Shown here piece by piece: positions 1 to 10,837 of a stretch of DNA of 64,000 nt. Both the position numbers and the translations under genes were made by a program. The notes under the pieces are model-generated. The model worked only from the letters and a program-made list of their open reading frames with translations. It was not told the origin of the DNA and did no database searches. This DNA is from an uncultured Campylobacter sp. (GTDB lineage Bacteria; Actinomycetota; Actinomycetes; Mycobacteriales; Mycobacteriaceae), in contig CAMIME010000001.1 of the NCBI GenBank assembly GCA_946221035.1, positions 111,490-175,489 on the forward strand, given 5' to 3'. Position 1 is the stretch's first letter, and each line of letters starts with the position of its first letter.

Positions 1-1247
1 TGGCCGCGCTCATTGACAACCACATCCAGCAGGGCAACGCCCTCGGCATTGACCCGCGTCGCGTGACGTGGCAGCGCTGCCTTGACGTCAACGACCGCAA
101 TCTGCGACATGTGGTGACGGGTCTTGGCAGCCCGGGCAACGGCATGCCGGCGGAGACCGGGTTCACCATCACCGCGGCCTCAGAGATCATGGCCATCCTC
201 GGGTTGGCGACGGACCTGGCGGACCTGAAGCGCCGCTTGGCCAACATCACCATCGGTCTGACCTATGACAAAAAGCCTGTCACCGCGGGCCAACTCAACG
301 CCGAAGGCGCGATGGCCGCGCTGCTCAAGGACGCGGTCAACCCGAACATGGTGCAAACGCTCGGTGGCACGCCCGCGTTCATCCACGGCGGTCCTTTTGC
401 CAACATCGCCCACGGCTGCAACACCCTCATTGCCACCCGTACGGCGCAGCGCTATGCAGACATCGTGCTTACGGAGGCCGGTTTCGGCTCCGACCTCGGT
501 GCGGAGAAGTTCTTCGACATCAAGGCCCGTTACGGCAACCTTGACGTTGCGGGTGCGATCGTGGTGTGCACCATCCGCTCGATCAAGCACAACGCCGGCG
601 TGGCCAAGGCAGATCTGAACACGGAGAACCTCCAGGCGTTGGAGCAGGGCATTGTGAACCTTGAGCGCCACGTGGAAAACATTAAGAAGTTCGGCGTCAC
701 CCCTGTGGTCTCGCTCAACCTGTTCACCTCCGATACCGATGCCGAGCGCGAGTGGGTGCGCAACTGGGCCGCCGAGAAGGGGATCGCGCTCGAGGAGTCC
801 GAGGTTTGGGCGAAGGGCGGCGAGGGCGCCTTGAAGCTGGCCGAAACGCTTCTGGCCAACCTGACCGAGGGCACCTCGAAGCCGCTGTACGATCCGGCAG
901 ACGGTATCGAGAATGCGATCGAGACCATCGCCCGCGAAATCTACCGCGCGGACGACGTGCAGTACTCCGCGGCGGCGTTGAAAGACCTGCAGACGCTGAA
1001 GGACAACGGCTGGGACAGGCTGCCGGTGTGCATCTCCAAGACGCAGTACTCCTTCTCCGACGACCCGGCGCAGCTCGGTGCGCCCACCGGCCACACCCTG
1101 CACGTACGAAACCTGCTGCCGCGTACGGGCGCGGGCTTCATCGTGGCGCTCACGGGCGATGTGATGACGATGCCGGGCCTGCCCAAGGTCCCGTCCGCCA
1201 ACAACATCGACGTCGACGAGAACGGGAAGATTTCCGGCCTGTTCTAG
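1..1247 (+). CDS. fhs: Formate--tetrahydrofolate ligase, C-terminal part (5' end lies outside the window)
   Basis: The ORF 63..1247 translation matches the conserved C-terminal half of formate-THF ligase (FTHFS) family proteins. The frame stays open back to the window edge, and the stop codon TAG is at 1245-1247. Confidence 0.85.
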   Translation, partial: AALIDNHIQQGNALGIDPRRVTWQRCLDVNDRNLRHVVTGLGSPGNGMPAETGFTITAASEIMAILGLATDLADLKRRLANITIGLTYDKKPVTAGQLNAEGAMAALLKDAVNPNMVQTLGGTPAFIHGGPFANIAHGCNTLIATRTAQRYADIVLTEAGFGSDLGAEKFFDIKARYGNLDVAGAIVVCTIRSIKHNAGVAKADLNTENLQALEQGIVNLERHVENIKKFGVTPVVSLNLFTSDTDAEREWVRNWAAEKGIALEESEVWAKGGEGALKLAETLLANLTEGTSKPLYDPADGIENAIETIAREIYRADDVQYSAAALKDLQTLKDNGWDRLPVCISKTQYSFSDDPAQLGAPTGHTLHVRNLLPRTGAGFIVALTGDVMTMPGLPKVPSANNIDVDENGKISGLF

Positions 1248-2125
1248 GCGGGGCCGCCAGCCTCGCCAGCCTCCCCAGCCTCACCAGCCCCGTCCGCCCG
1301 CGACCCCGGCCAGCCGGGGTAGGCGGGCGGCGTTCCCCCGTAGGCGGGGCACAGCGATTGAAACGCGCACCACTTGCACAGCTTGGATGGCTGCGGACGA
1401 AACGTGCCCTGTGCGCCGTCCCCTTGGATCTTCGCCCAGAGATCCTCGAGGTCGCGCTCGAAGTACTCGAGCTCGACACGGGAGGGAGTGAGGATCATCG
1501 AGTCCATCACCTTCAGGTACATGAGCTTCAACTGGTCCGGCACGATACCGAACAGGCGCCAGTAGACCAGCGCGTAGAACCGCATCTGGAACTGCGCGTC
1601 GCCGGAGTAGCGGGGAAGCGGCATTTTGCCGGTTTTGTAGTCGACTACGCGGACTTCCCCCGTGGGCGCGATGTCGACCCTGTCGATGAATCCGCGCACG
1701 GGAACCCCGTTCGGCAAGGTGAAGTCAACCGGCATTTCTTGGGCGTGTGCGTCGAAGCCGAGCGGGTTTTCCATCATGAAGTAGCCGCGCAGCAGGGTGC
1801 GGGCGTCGACCAACAGTTGGTGCTCGTCGGAGATCGGGTCGGCGCACTCGGGGGCGTCGATACGCATCTGCTCCCACGTGGGCTTGAGCCGCTTCACTGC
1901 GGCGGGGTACGTGCGCTGCTCGCGCGGCCAGGCGAACATCTCCTCCAGCACGGCGTGAACCAGGGTGCCGCGCACTTGAGCTTCGGAGGAGGGTTCGGCG
2001 AGCCTGTCGATTGCGCGGAGGCGGTACTGCAGCGGACAGCGTTTGTAATCCGAGGCGCGGGAGGGCGAAAGCGCGAGGGGGCGCGGGGTCGACGGACGTT
2101 GCTCAGAACTCATGGTGGGATTCAT
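1244..2125 (-). CDS. PD-(D/E)XK nuclease family protein (RecB-like/Cas4-like exonuclease, Mtb Rv2119-type)
   Basis: Translation starting MNPTMSSEQ...DYKRCPLQYRL...VDYKTGK...CKWCAFQSLC shows a RecB-family nuclease fold with a C-terminal Cys cluster. The start is placed at the ATG ending at 2125 because the longer ORF would overlap the convergent aminopeptidase gene. The C-terminal tail carries a GEAGEAGEAG repeat. Confidence 0.7.
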   Translation of the reverse strand: MNPTMSSEQRPSTPRPLALSPSRASDYKRCPLQYRLRAIDRLAEPSSEAQVRGTLVHAVLEEMFAWPREQRTYPAAVKRLKPTWEQMRIDAPECADPISDEHQLLVDARTLLRGYFMMENPLGFDAHAQEMPVDFTLPNGVPVRGFIDRVDIAPTGEVRVVDYKTGKMPLPRYSGDAQFQMRFYALVYWRLFGIVPDQLKLMYLKVMDSMILTPSRVELEYFERDLEDLWAKIQGDGAQGTFRPQPSKLCKWCAFQSLCPAYGGTPPAYPGWPGSRADGAGEAGEAGEAGGPA

Positions 2126-2140
2126 CTTAAGGTGGGTGGC

Positions 2141-3349
2141 ATGATTGCCCATTTCGCCGATTTCATCGCCGCAAGCCCGAGCGCATTTCACGCCGCTGAC
2201 ACCGTTGCCGCGCGACTCACCTCCGAGGGCTTCTTGCTTGACGACGGCTCCGTGGCCACCGCCCCGGGAGGCCACGTGCTCGTCCGGGATGGCGCTGTTA
2301 TTGCCTGGTGGGTGCCGGAAAACGCCCCGACCCATGTGCGTGTTGTCGGCTCGCACACCGATTCACCTGGATTCATGCTGAAGCCGGTGCCGGATTTTCA
2401 GCGCGAGGGCTACCGCCAAGCGGCCGTGGAGGTGTACGGCGGGCCGATTCTCACCAGCTGGTTTGACCGCGACCTGGAGTTCGCGGGCCGCGTGGTCACC
2501 ACGGACGGAAACGAACACCTCGTGCGCACAGGCCCTGTGGCGCGGATCCCCAACTTGGCCATCCACCTGTACCGCGCGGATGCTCCAGAGCTCGACCGCC
2601 AGCAGCACACCGCTCCGCTGGTCGGCGTCGACGTCCCGTTGCTGCAGGCGGCCGCCGAGAGTGCGGGCATCGACGCCTCCGAGGTGGTGGCACACGAGCT
2701 CATCAGCGTCGATACCCAGCGCGCCGAGGTGATAGGGGAGTACTTCGCGGCCGGGCGATTGGACAATCTCACCAGCGTGTGGGCCTCACTTGAGGCCCTC
2801 CTGGCCGCCCGCGGGAACGCGCAGGAGATGTTAGTGCTCGCCGCGTTCAACCACGAGGAGGTGGGGTCTGCCTCCACCTCAGGCGCGGGCGGGCCACTGC
2901 TTGAACGCGTGCTTTACGCGCTCGCGGCCACTATCGGCGATCCAGCTGTGGTGATGTCGCGCTCGATTCAGGTCTCTGCCGACGCGGCGCACGCGGTGCA
3001 CCCGAATTACCCGGCGAAGCACGATCCCACACACCGCCCGGTGCTGAACCAGGGACCGGTGATGAAGGTGAACGCGAACCAGCGCTACGCCTCCAACGCC
3101 CGAACGGAAGCGGAATGGGTGCGGGCGTGCCGGGCAGCTGAGGTGCCCTCCCAGGTGTTCGTGGGCAACAACTCGGTGCCGTGCGGCTCGACGATCGGCC
3201 CGATTTCCTCCACCCGTCTCGGACTGCCGACCGTGGATGTCGGTGTGCCGCTTTTGTCTATGCACTCCGCGCGCGAGCTGTGTGGTGTGGCCGACATGGA
3301 GTACTTCCGTCGCGCGTTGACGGCGTTTTATGCAGGCAGCACGCTGTAG
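2141..3349 (+). CDS. M18 family aminopeptidase (aspartyl aminopeptidase-like)
   Basis: The in-frame ATG at 2141 begins MIAHFADFIAASPSAFHAADTVA...VVGSHTDSPGF, and the typical M18 motifs run to the end. Only this distal part of the long ORF 752..3349 is coding. Confidence 0.8.
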   Translation: MIAHFADFIAASPSAFHAADTVAARLTSEGFLLDDGSVATAPGGHVLVRDGAVIAWWVPENAPTHVRVVGSHTDSPGFMLKPVPDFQREGYRQAAVEVYGGPILTSWFDRDLEFAGRVVTTDGNEHLVRTGPVARIPNLAIHLYRADAPELDRQQHTAPLVGVDVPLLQAAAESAGIDASEVVAHELISVDTQRAEVIGEYFAAGRLDNLTSVWASLEALLAARGNAQEMLVLAAFNHEEVGSASTSGAGGPLLERVLYALAATIGDPAVVMSRSIQVSADAAHAVHPNYPAKHDPTHRPVLNQGPVMKVNANQRYASNARTEAEWVRACRAAEVPSQVFVGNNSVPCGSTIGPISSTRLGLPTVDVGVPLLSMHSARELCGVADMEYFRRALTAFYAGSTL

Positions 3350-3364
3350 GGCATACTATCCGCC

Positions 3365-4198
3365 ATGTATTCGGGACCGTTCCAGCCAGGCGACAAGGTG
3401 CAGCTGACTGACGCGAAGCGTCGGCATTTTACGATCGAGCTGGTCCCGGGCGGGCAATTCCACTCCCACAAGGGCATCGTCAGCCACGACGACATCATCG
3501 GCGCGGACGAAGGCTCGGTGGTGAAGTCCACACTGGGTTCTGACTACCTGTGTTTCAGGCACTTGCTTGTGGACCACGTGCTGTCCATGCCACGCGGCGC
3601 CGCGGTGATTTACCCCAAAGACGCTGCGCAGATTTTGGTCGAAGGCGACATCTTCATGGGCGCCCGGGTGCTCGAGGCGGGTGCGGGGTCAGGTGCACTG
3701 TCGATGTCGCTGCTTCGTGCCGTGGGGCCGGAGGGCAAGGTGTTTTCCTACGAGATCCGCGACGATCACCTTGCCTTCGCCCGCGACAACGTCGCCGAGT
3801 ACTTCGGCGGTGAGCCAGATTGGTGGGCCCCTCGCCTGGGGGATTTCGGCGAGGTCACCACTGCGGATCTGGACGGCCCCGTCGACCGCGTCATCTTGGA
3901 CATGGTGGAGCCCTGGCTTTTCATCGACACCGTCAAGGACATCCTGATTCCCGGCGGGGTGTTCATGACGTATGTGGCCACCGTTCCGCAGCTGATGAAC
4001 ATCATGGAGGCTATTCGCGGGGCGCAGTGTTTCACCGAGCCTCGCGCCTGGGAGACGCTGCTGCGCGAATGGAAAGTTGAGGGCCTTGCCACCCGCCCTG
4101 AGCACCGGATGAATGCCCACACCGCGTTTTTGGTGTGGACCCGCCGTCTCGCCGACGGCGTCACCCCGCCTCGCCCGCAGCGACGCGCGCGAAAGTAA
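3365..4198 (+). CDS. trmI: tRNA (adenine-N1)-methyltransferase TrmI (Rv2118c-like)
   Basis: Translation contains the SAM-binding motif VLEAGAGSGALS and the Gcd14/TrmI architecture. The synteny nuclease, aminopeptidase, trmI, arc matches mycobacteria. Confidence 0.8.
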   Translation: MYSGPFQPGDKVQLTDAKRRHFTIELVPGGQFHSHKGIVSHDDIIGADEGSVVKSTLGSDYLCFRHLLVDHVLSMPRGAAVIYPKDAAQILVEGDIFMGARVLEAGAGSGALSMSLLRAVGPEGKVFSYEIRDDHLAFARDNVAEYFGGEPDWWAPRLGDFGEVTTADLDGPVDRVILDMVEPWLFIDTVKDILIPGGVFMTYVATVPQLMNIMEAIRGAQCFTEPRAWETLLREWKVEGLATRPEHRMNAHTAFLVWTRRLADGVTPPRPQRRARK

Positions 4199-4244
4199 GG
4201 GCAACTGCTTAACGACGGCTCCGTCATCCCGTAATCTCTAGAGC

Positions 4245-5783
4245 ATGTCTGGCCAACGTATCCACGATGACGGTTTCGGACCTGACGTTCGGGATCTGCG
4301 CAACCAGAACCGCGATCTGAGCGAACGAAACCAGAAGCTTGCTGAACTGCTGAAGTCGAGCCGCGATAAGCTCAACGACCTCTACGCGAAGGTCGAGGAG
4401 CTAGGCGAGCCCGCGACGCCGTACGGCATCTACCTCTCCCCAGCGGAGGGGATGGAAGCGGAAGTTTTCACTGCCGGTCGGCGCATGAGAGTCAAAGTGT
4501 CGCCGTCCGTGGACGCGACGACGCTCGTGCCGGGTGTCCTTGTGCGCCTAGGCCAGGGCACCGTGATTGTGGAGGCGTGCGGTTTCACGGAGACGGGCCA
4601 GCTGGCCACCATGATCGAGCGGATCGGGGGGGGCCGGGCCGTAGTCGCAGACCAGCAGGGCGCGGAGTCGCTGGTCATGCTCGCCGAGCCACTGTTGGGC
4701 ACCGCACGTGCTGGCGACACCGTGCTCATCAACTCTAATGCCGGCGTGGCATTTGAGCGCATTGAAAAGACCGAGGTCAACCAGCTCTCGCTGGAGGAGA
4801 TCCCGGACGTCACCTACGAGGACATCGGCGGCCTTTCCTCCCAGATCGAGGCGATCCAAGATTCCGTCGAGCTGCCGTTTTCCCAGCCGGAGCTCTACGC
4901 CGCCTACAACCTGAAGCCTCCGAAGGGCCTGCTACTGTATGGCCCGCCCGGTTGCGGCAAAACCCTGATTGCGAAGGCCGTGGCGAACTCGCTATCCAAG
5001 CGGATCGGTGACGGCGGACGTGCCCACTTCATCAACGTCAAGGGCCCGGAACTTCTGAATAAGTACGTCGGCGAGACCGAGCGACGCGTACGCCTGATCT
5101 TCGAGCGCGCCCGCGAGCTCGCGTCGGAGGGCACCCCGGTGATCGTCTTCTTCGACGAGATGGAGTCGATCTTCCGCACCCGTGGCTCCGGCGTGTCCTC
5201 CGATATGGAGACGACGGTGGTGCCTCAGCTACTCACCGAGATCGACGGCGTGGAAAACATTTCCAACGTCATTGTCATCGGCGCGACCAACCGCGAGGAG
5301 CTCATCGATCCCGCGATCCTGCGCCCCGGACGCCTCGACGTGAAGGTTCGCGTGTCTCGCCCGAACAAGGACGAAGCCAAAGACATCCTCGCGCGCTACA
5401 TCAACGACGAAATCCCGCTCGCTGATAGTGCCTCCAAGCTCATCGACGTCACCGCCGACGCCATGTTCGAACCCCGCCCCTTCGTTCGCCTCGAGCTTAT
5501 CGACGGCACCACGGAAACCCTCCACTACTCCGACTTCGTCTCGGGCGCGATGATCGCCAACGTCGTCGACCGGGCGAAGAAGCTGGCGATCAAGGACAAC
5601 ATCTCTGGCGCCTCCGACGCAGGTGTAAACGCCAACCACCTGAGGGAGGCGGTGGCGTTGGAGCAGCAGGAGAGCGAGCACCTACCCAACACGTCTAACC
5701 CGGACGAGTGGGCGCGAATCTCCGGGCGCCAGGGCAAACGCGTCGTCGCAGCGGAGGTGCTGAATTACTGGCCTACTGGCTAG
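4245..5783 (+). CDS. arc: Proteasome-associated AAA+ ATPase ARC/Mpa
   Basis: An N-terminal coiled-coil is followed by the Walker A motif GPPGCGKT and an AAA domain. The family carries the C-terminal penultimate-Tyr signature; the last three residues are PTG. Confidence 0.9.
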   Translation: MSGQRIHDDGFGPDVRDLRNQNRDLSERNQKLAELLKSSRDKLNDLYAKVEELGEPATPYGIYLSPAEGMEAEVFTAGRRMRVKVSPSVDATTLVPGVLVRLGQGTVIVEACGFTETGQLATMIERIGGGRAVVADQQGAESLVMLAEPLLGTARAGDTVLINSNAGVAFERIEKTEVNQLSLEEIPDVTYEDIGGLSSQIEAIQDSVELPFSQPELYAAYNLKPPKGLLLYGPPGCGKTLIAKAVANSLSKRIGDGGRAHFINVKGPELLNKYVGETERRVRLIFERARELASEGTPVIVFFDEMESIFRTRGSGVSSDMETTVVPQLLTEIDGVENISNVIVIGATNREELIDPAILRPGRLDVKVRVSRPNKDEAKDILARYINDEIPLADSASKLIDVTADAMFEPRPFVRLELIDGTTETLHYSDFVSGAMIANVVDRAKKLAIKDNISGASDAGVNANHLREAVALEQQESEHLPNTSNPDEWARISGRQGKRVVAAEVLNYWPTG

Positions 5784-6733
5784 CGGGCGGACTCTTCATC
5801 GAACAAATGCTGGTCGATAGCGATGGCGACCCCGGCACCTGTTCCGATGGCCTGGGACACTTGATCCGGGGAGCTTATGACGTTGCCCACTGCCCACAGC
5901 CCCGGTTGAGACGTCTTGCCGCCTTCACTGGAAACCCATCCGTCACTCACTGTGCAGCCAGCTTTTCGCAGTAACTCATCATTGGGGATGAAGTCCGGTC
6001 CGGTAAAACATGCGTCATAGCGGGTCGTTCCGGAAGCGGTCATGACCTCGACTGAAGTATCGTTTCCGGCAGCGGGGGAGACGCGGACGACGCCGTCACG
6101 GTCGAGAACAACCCCGGTTGCTTCCAGCCGCTGCAATTGCTCACTGGTCGGGTCGAGGCCGTTGAGGTGAAGCGTTACACTCTCAGACCACTTCGTGAGA
6201 AGCGATGCCATCTTGAAGGTGAATGCCGGATTCTTTCCGCCAATTACCCCGACGGTCTTTCCCGTAACTTCGTAGCCGTGGCAATAAGGGCAATGGAAGA
6301 CTCTGCTTCCCCACATGTCTCTTAAGCCGGGAACTTCGGGGAGAGAGTCGGTGATTCCCGTTGCAACGAGAACTTGAGACGCCGTCATGGATTCTCCAGA
6401 TGCCGCTTCCGCAACCCAGTTGCCTCCGGCGCTTCGGACGAGCGATTCGACGCGGTCCGGAACTATTACTCCGCCGTACCTCGAGAATTCAGTGTGCCCA
6501 CGTTCAAGCAGAATCGTGGGTCTCACCCCATCGGAACCGAGAACCCCGTGCATTTGCTCGCTGGTTCGATTCCGCGGTTTGCCGTCGTCGATAATGCACA
6601 CCGTCCGCCGCGCGCGAGCAAGGTTGATAGCCGCGGCTGTTCCGGCAAATCCACCGCCGATGACAATCACATCGAAATCCGCTTCTTCATCCTTGCGCAT
6701 ACGCACGAGCCCCTCTCGACTGGATTCGTCCAT
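5780..6733 (-). CDS. FAD/NAD(P)-binding oxidoreductase, thioredoxin-reductase-like, with a CPYC redox motif
   Basis: Translation has the N-terminal dinucleotide-binding motif [10 protein letters not shown], a CPYCHG motif, and a second Rossmann motif GVIGGKN. Local GC is about 53-55 percent versus about 65 percent in the flanking DNA. Confidence 0.7.
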   Translation of the reverse strand: MDESSREGLVRMRKDEEADFDVIVIGGGFAGTAAAINLARARRTVCIIDDGKPRNRTSEQMHGVLGSDGVRPTILLERGHTEFSRYGGVIVPDRVESLVRSAGGNWVAEAASGESMTASQVLVATGITDSLPEVPGLRDMWGSRVFHCPYCHGYEVTGKTVGVIGGKNPAFTFKMASLLTKWSESVTLHLNGLDPTSEQLQRLEATGVVLDRDGVVRVSPAAGNDTSVEVMTASGTTRYDACFTGPDFIPNDELLRKAGCTVSDGWVSSEGGKTSQPGLWAVGNVISSPDQVSQAIGTGAGVAIAIDQHLFDEESAR

Positions 6734-6763
6734 GAGTTTTTCACCCTAGTTCGTGTTTCGGAT

Positions 6764-8152
6764 CTAGCCCAGGGTAGCGACATGTCGAAGCACCGCGTCC
6801 ACGGCGCGGGTGAAGTCAGCGTCGCCGAGGTGCGCGAAGCTCAGTACGAGCCCGTCGCCCCCGCCCGTCCACAAGGCAGACTCGCGGCCACACTCGACGC
6901 CTTGCGTGAGCAACGAGGATTCGAACTCATCGCGTTGCTTCACAGTGGGGAAGCGGACGGTGACATCGGCGCCGTCACCGGGCGCGAGCCGCGCCTCCGC
7001 GCCTGATCGTTCCAGCGCGGGGATGACGCGCTCACTCAGGACTGACCGGCGGCGAGCGAGTTCCCGGTGGACGGATTGGGTATTGCGGCGGACAACCCCG
7101 CCGTCGAGAAGCAATGCGATGGCGCGTTGGGTCACTGCGGAAACTGGGACGCCAAGCACTGCGCGAACCTCACGTAGCCTGTCCGCGGTGGCGGGAGAGG
7201 CCACGACGTAGCCGGCCGCGAGCTCGCGGGACAATAGCGTCGAAAAAGTGCCGAGAGTGAGCACGTCAGCGGTCGGTGCGAGTGTGGCCAGCGTCGGTTG
7301 CGGGGAGACGCGGTAGCGCAGCTCGGTATTGAAGTCGTCCTCGATGAGCACAGTGTCAGTGCGCGCCGCCCACTCCAGCAGCTCTGCGCGACGCGGGGCG
7401 GGCATCGACCCGCCAAGGGGAAAGAGGTGCGACGGCGTGACCAGCAACGCGTCGAGGTCATCGGGCAATTGCTTCACGACGATCCCCGCGCCATCCGTCC
7501 CGCACGCCACCGCCTCATGGCCGCCGAGCGGAATCACCCGCCGAAGGCCCGGGTGGCCGGGGTCTTCCACACCTACCCGCAGCCGCGGGCCGAGGGCCAG
7601 GAGGATGAGCATGAGGCCCTCGCGGGAGCCGCCGGTGACCAGGATTTGTTCCGGGTTGACGGTCATGCCGCGGGCGAGGCGCAGGTGTTCCGAGATGGCG
7701 AGGCGCAACTCCGGTTCGCCGGCTTTGTCCGTGCCCCGGCCGTTCGCGCTTGCCGAGTCGCCGGCGGCTTCACGCCACGCCTTGCGCCAGGCGGCGGGAC
7801 GGATCGCTCCTGCGGAACCGGATGAGGGCTTCAGCGAGATCCGTGGCGGCGTGAGTTTGCGGGAGGTGCCACGTGGTGCGGGCGCAGAGTAGTCGGCCGC
7901 GATGGTGAGTGCGGGGTGGATACGAGTTGGCGCACCTTGGGAGGAAAGCAGGTAGCCTTCGCTCGCGAGCTGGTCGTAGGCGGCGACAACGCTGCCGCGG
8001 GATACGCCCAGCTGAGCAGCGAGGGCGCGTGTGGAGGGGACTTCGTCACCCGGCCTAAGCCGGCCGTTTGCGACGGCAGCACGGATGTCGGTGGCGATCT
8101 GCGCGGGGATTGACGGCTTCACTGGTCCAAAGAATGAAAACAATACTGGCAC
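6764..8152 (-). CDS. pdxR: MocR/GntR-family PLP-dependent transcriptional regulator (PdxR-like)
   Basis: An N-terminal GntR HTH ([16 protein letters not shown]) is followed by an aminotransferase class I/II-like domain. It is divergent from pdxS with only about 36 bp between the two start codons. Confidence 0.75.
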   Translation of the reverse strand: MPVLFSFFGPVKPSIPAQIATDIRAAVANGRLRPGDEVPSTRALAAQLGVSRGSVVAAYDQLASEGYLLSSQGAPTRIHPALTIAADYSAPAPRGTSRKLTPPRISLKPSSGSAGAIRPAAWRKAWREAAGDSASANGRGTDKAGEPELRLAISEHLRLARGMTVNPEQILVTGGSREGLMLILLALGPRLRVGVEDPGHPGLRRVIPLGGHEAVACGTDGAGIVVKQLPDDLDALLVTPSHLFPLGGSMPAPRRAELLEWAARTDTVLIEDDFNTELRYRVSPQPTLATLAPTADVLTLGTFSTLLSRELAAGYVVASPATADRLREVRAVLGVPVSAVTQRAIALLLDGGVVRRNTQSVHRELARRRSVLSERVIPALERSGAEARLAPGDGADVTVRFPTVKQRDEFESSLLTQGVECGRESALWTGGGDGLVLSFAHLGDADFTRAVDAVLRHVATLG

Positions 8153-8188
8153 TTGGAATCTACCAGTTCTCAGTGCAGACTAAGCGGT

Positions 8189-9064
8189 ATGTCTGATGTG
8201 CAAGAACTGAACCAGAAATTCATCGGCGGCGTGATTATGGACGTGGTCACGCCTGAGCAGGCCAAGATCGCCGAGGACGCCGGCGCATCCGCCGTCATGG
8301 CGCTCGAGCGTGTGCCCGCGGACATCCGCGCCCAGGGCGGCGTGGCCCGCATGTCAGACCCGGACCTGATCGAGGGCATCATCGAGGCGGTCGACATCCC
8401 CGTCATGGCCAAGGCGCGCATCGGCCACTACATGGAGGCGAAGATCCTCGAGCACCTCGGCGTGGACTACATCGACGAGTCCGAGGTGCTGAGCCCGGCG
8501 GACTACGTCAACCACATCGATAAGACCGATTTCACTGTGCCGTTCGTGTGCGGTGCGACCAACCTGGGCGAGGCGCTGCGTCGCATCAACGAGGGTGCGC
8601 AGATGATCCGCTCCAAGGGTGAGGCCGGCACCGGCGACGTTTCGGAAGCCACCAAACACATCCGCACCATCAAGGGTGAAATCGCGTCCCTGCAGGCGAT
8701 CTGGAATGGCAACCACGACGAGCTCTTCGTCGCGGCGAAGGAGCTGCAGGCGCCGTACCAGCTGGTGGCCTACGTGGCAGTGAACGGCAAGCTCCCGGTG
8801 CCGCTGCTGGTTGCCGGCGGCGTGTCCACTCCGGCCGACGCGGCGCTGATGATGCACCTCGGCGCGGACGGTGTGTTCGTCGGCTCCGGCATCTTCAAGT
8901 CCGGCAATCCCGAGGCGCGCGCGAAGGCCGTCGTCAAGGCAACCCGCAACTGGCAGGACATCGCCGCGATCACCGAGGCCTCGCGCGGGCTCGGCGAGGC
9001 AATGGTCGGCATCAACGTCGCGGACCTGCCGGCGCCGCACCGCCTGGCGGAGCGCGGCTGGTAG
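8189..9064 (+). CDS. pdxS: Pyridoxal 5'-phosphate synthase lyase subunit PdxS
   Basis: Translation [21 protein letters not shown]...MAKARIGH is nearly canonical PdxS/SNZ. The start is placed at the ATG at 8189, the M at residue 13 of the ORF. Confidence 0.9.
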   Translation: MSDVQELNQKFIGGVIMDVVTPEQAKIAEDAGASAVMALERVPADIRAQGGVARMSDPDLIEGIIEAVDIPVMAKARIGHYMEAKILEHLGVDYIDESEVLSPADYVNHIDKTDFTVPFVCGATNLGEALRRINEGAQMIRSKGEAGTGDVSEATKHIRTIKGEIASLQAIWNGNHDELFVAAKELQAPYQLVAYVAVNGKLPVPLLVAGGVSTPADAALMMHLGADGVFVGSGIFKSGNPEARAKAVVKATRNWQDIAAITEASRGLGEAMVGINVADLPAPHRLAERGW

Positions 9065-9115
9065 TCCCGCGCTAGACGGCTCAGCACCGCAGCAGGGCGG
9101 GTAACCTAAAGCCCC

Positions 9116-10636
9116 ATGACGCGCTTCATGGGAACGGAGACGGAGTACGGGATTTTGAGCCCGGAGAATCCGTACATCAGCCCGCTGGTGACCTCGACAC
9201 ACGCCGTGGTGGCGTACGCCGCGATGCGCACGCAGGCCCGCACGAGGTGGGATTACGCGGAAGAGGCGCCATTGCGCGACACCCGCGGGTTTGACCTGCA
9301 GCGCTACCGGACGGTTCCGGTGGTCAGCGCGAACGCGATCGGGATCGCCAACGTCGTCACCGCCAACGGCGCGCGCTACTACGTGGACCACGGACACCCC
9401 GAGTACTCGAGCCCGGAGGTGTCCAACGCATTCGACGCGATGATCTACGACGCCGCCGGCGACATTGTGCTCAACGATGCCGCGGCGGACATCCGGCGCC
9501 TCTGGGACGAAGGCATCTCGGTCCTGGACCAGCACGACCCGTGTCCGCCGCTGAAGTTTTACAAGAACAACGTCGACGGCAAGGGCCAGTCCTACGGCAG
9601 CCACGAGAACTATCAGTACTCCCGGCACACCAACTTCGAGCGGCTTACCCAGGCGCTCATCCCGTTTTTTGTCACCCGCCAGGTCATTATCGGCGCGGGC
9701 AGGGTCGGCATCGGCCAAGCCTCCGAGCGCCACGGGTTCCAAATCTCCCAGCGCGCGGACTTTTTCGAGCAGGAGATCTCGCTGGAGACCACGCTGAACC
9801 GCGGCATCGTCAACACCCGCGATGAGCCGCACGCGCCCGAGGAGCAGTTCCGCCGTCTCCACGTCATCGTGGGTGATGCGAACATGAGCCAGTTCTCCAA
9901 CTTCCTCAAGTTGGGCATGACCAAGCTGGTGCTCGACGCGATCGAGGCGGACGTCGATTTCTCGGACCTGCGCCTCGCGGACCCCGTGGCCGAGATCAAG
10001 GCCGTCAGCCACGACCCTTCGCTCACCCACGAGCTTTCGCTTGCCGACGGCCGGCGGCTCACCGCCATTTCCATCCTCCGCACCTACCGCGCGCGATGTG
10101 AGGGTGTGGGTGGTCACGGAGTCGTCGATAAGCAGGTGCTCGAAATGTGGGGCGAGATCCTGGACGACTTGGAGCGCGACCCGCTGTCTACTGCCGACAG
10201 GTTGGACTGGACTGCGAAGTGGTCGCTGCTGCGCCGCTTCGAGGAGCGGGGGGCGTCGCCGGCGAAGTTGCAGGCCATCGACTTGCAGTACGCGGATATC
10301 GATCCGACGCAGTCGTTGTACCACGCGCTGGTGCGCAAGGGTGCACTGCGCACGATGGTGGAACCGGAGGTGATCGCGGCGGCGGAGAAGACTCCTCCGG
10401 AGGACACCCGCGCGTACTTCCGCGGGGTAGCCGGCCAGAAGTTCGGGGAGGACCTGGTGGCGTCGAACTGGCAGTCGATGCTCTTCGACGTAGACGGGCA
10501 AATGGTGCGCGTGCCCCTGGACATGGTGGGGGAGCACACGAAGGCCGGCGTGGGGGAGCTCCTGGCCAGGTCAAACACGGTGGGCGAGCTTCTGGCGGGT
10601 TTGGAACTTGTCAAGCCTATTAAGTGGGTACAGTAG
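9116..10636 (+). CDS. dop: Pup deamidase/depupylase Dop
   Basis: A Pup-ligase-family fold beginning MTRFMGTETEYGI sits immediately upstream of pup, as in actinobacterial pupylation loci. Confidence 0.85.
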   Translation: MTRFMGTETEYGILSPENPYISPLVTSTHAVVAYAAMRTQARTRWDYAEEAPLRDTRGFDLQRYRTVPVVSANAIGIANVVTANGARYYVDHGHPEYSSPEVSNAFDAMIYDAAGDIVLNDAAADIRRLWDEGISVLDQHDPCPPLKFYKNNVDGKGQSYGSHENYQYSRHTNFERLTQALIPFFVTRQVIIGAGRVGIGQASERHGFQISQRADFFEQEISLETTLNRGIVNTRDEPHAPEEQFRRLHVIVGDANMSQFSNFLKLGMTKLVLDAIEADVDFSDLRLADPVAEIKAVSHDPSLTHELSLADGRRLTAISILRTYRARCEGVGGHGVVDKQVLEMWGEILDDLERDPLSTADRLDWTAKWSLLRRFEERGASPAKLQAIDLQYADIDPTQSLYHALVRKGALRTMVEPEVIAAAEKTPPEDTRAYFRGVAGQKFGEDLVASNWQSMLFDVDGQMVRVPLDMVGEHTKAGVGELLARSNTVGELLAGLELVKPIKWVQ

Positions 10637-10640
10637 GCGC

Positions 10641-10832
10641 ATGGCTAAACATAGGCAGGCTCAGGTTCCCGGCGGCAATGGTGGCTCTGGCGAAGGCGGC
10701 GAAGAGTTCGAGGCCGGGCAGGCACAGATCAACTCGACCGGTACGAACGCCCTTATCGACGAGATCGATGCGCTGCTGGAAAACAACGCAGAAGAATTCG
10801 TCAAGTCTTTCGTGCAAAAGGGCGGTCAGTAG
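10641..10832 (+). CDS. pup: Prokaryotic ubiquitin-like protein Pup
   Basis: Translation MAKHRQAQ...LIDEIDALLENNAEEFVKSFVQKGGQ has the conserved Pup C-terminal helix and the GGQ terminus. The start is the ATG at 10641, four bases after the dop stop. Confidence 0.9.
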   Translation: MAKHRQAQVPGGNGGSGEGGEEFEAGQAQINSTGTNALIDEIDALLENNAEEFVKSFVQKGGQ

Positions 10833-10837
10833 ATTCC

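Noticed and set aside
752-2140. Upstream part of the long + ORF 752..3349
   Set aside because: It overlaps fhs (a different frame) and is antisense to the PD-(D/E)XK nuclease. Only the distal part from the ATG at 2141 shows aminopeptidase similarity.
8354-10537. 727-aa ORF on the minus strand
   Set aside because: It is antisense to pdxS and dop, which have strong family signatures. The translation is Arg/Ala/Gly/Val/Pro-rich with no recognisable domain, a typical high-GC antisense artefact.
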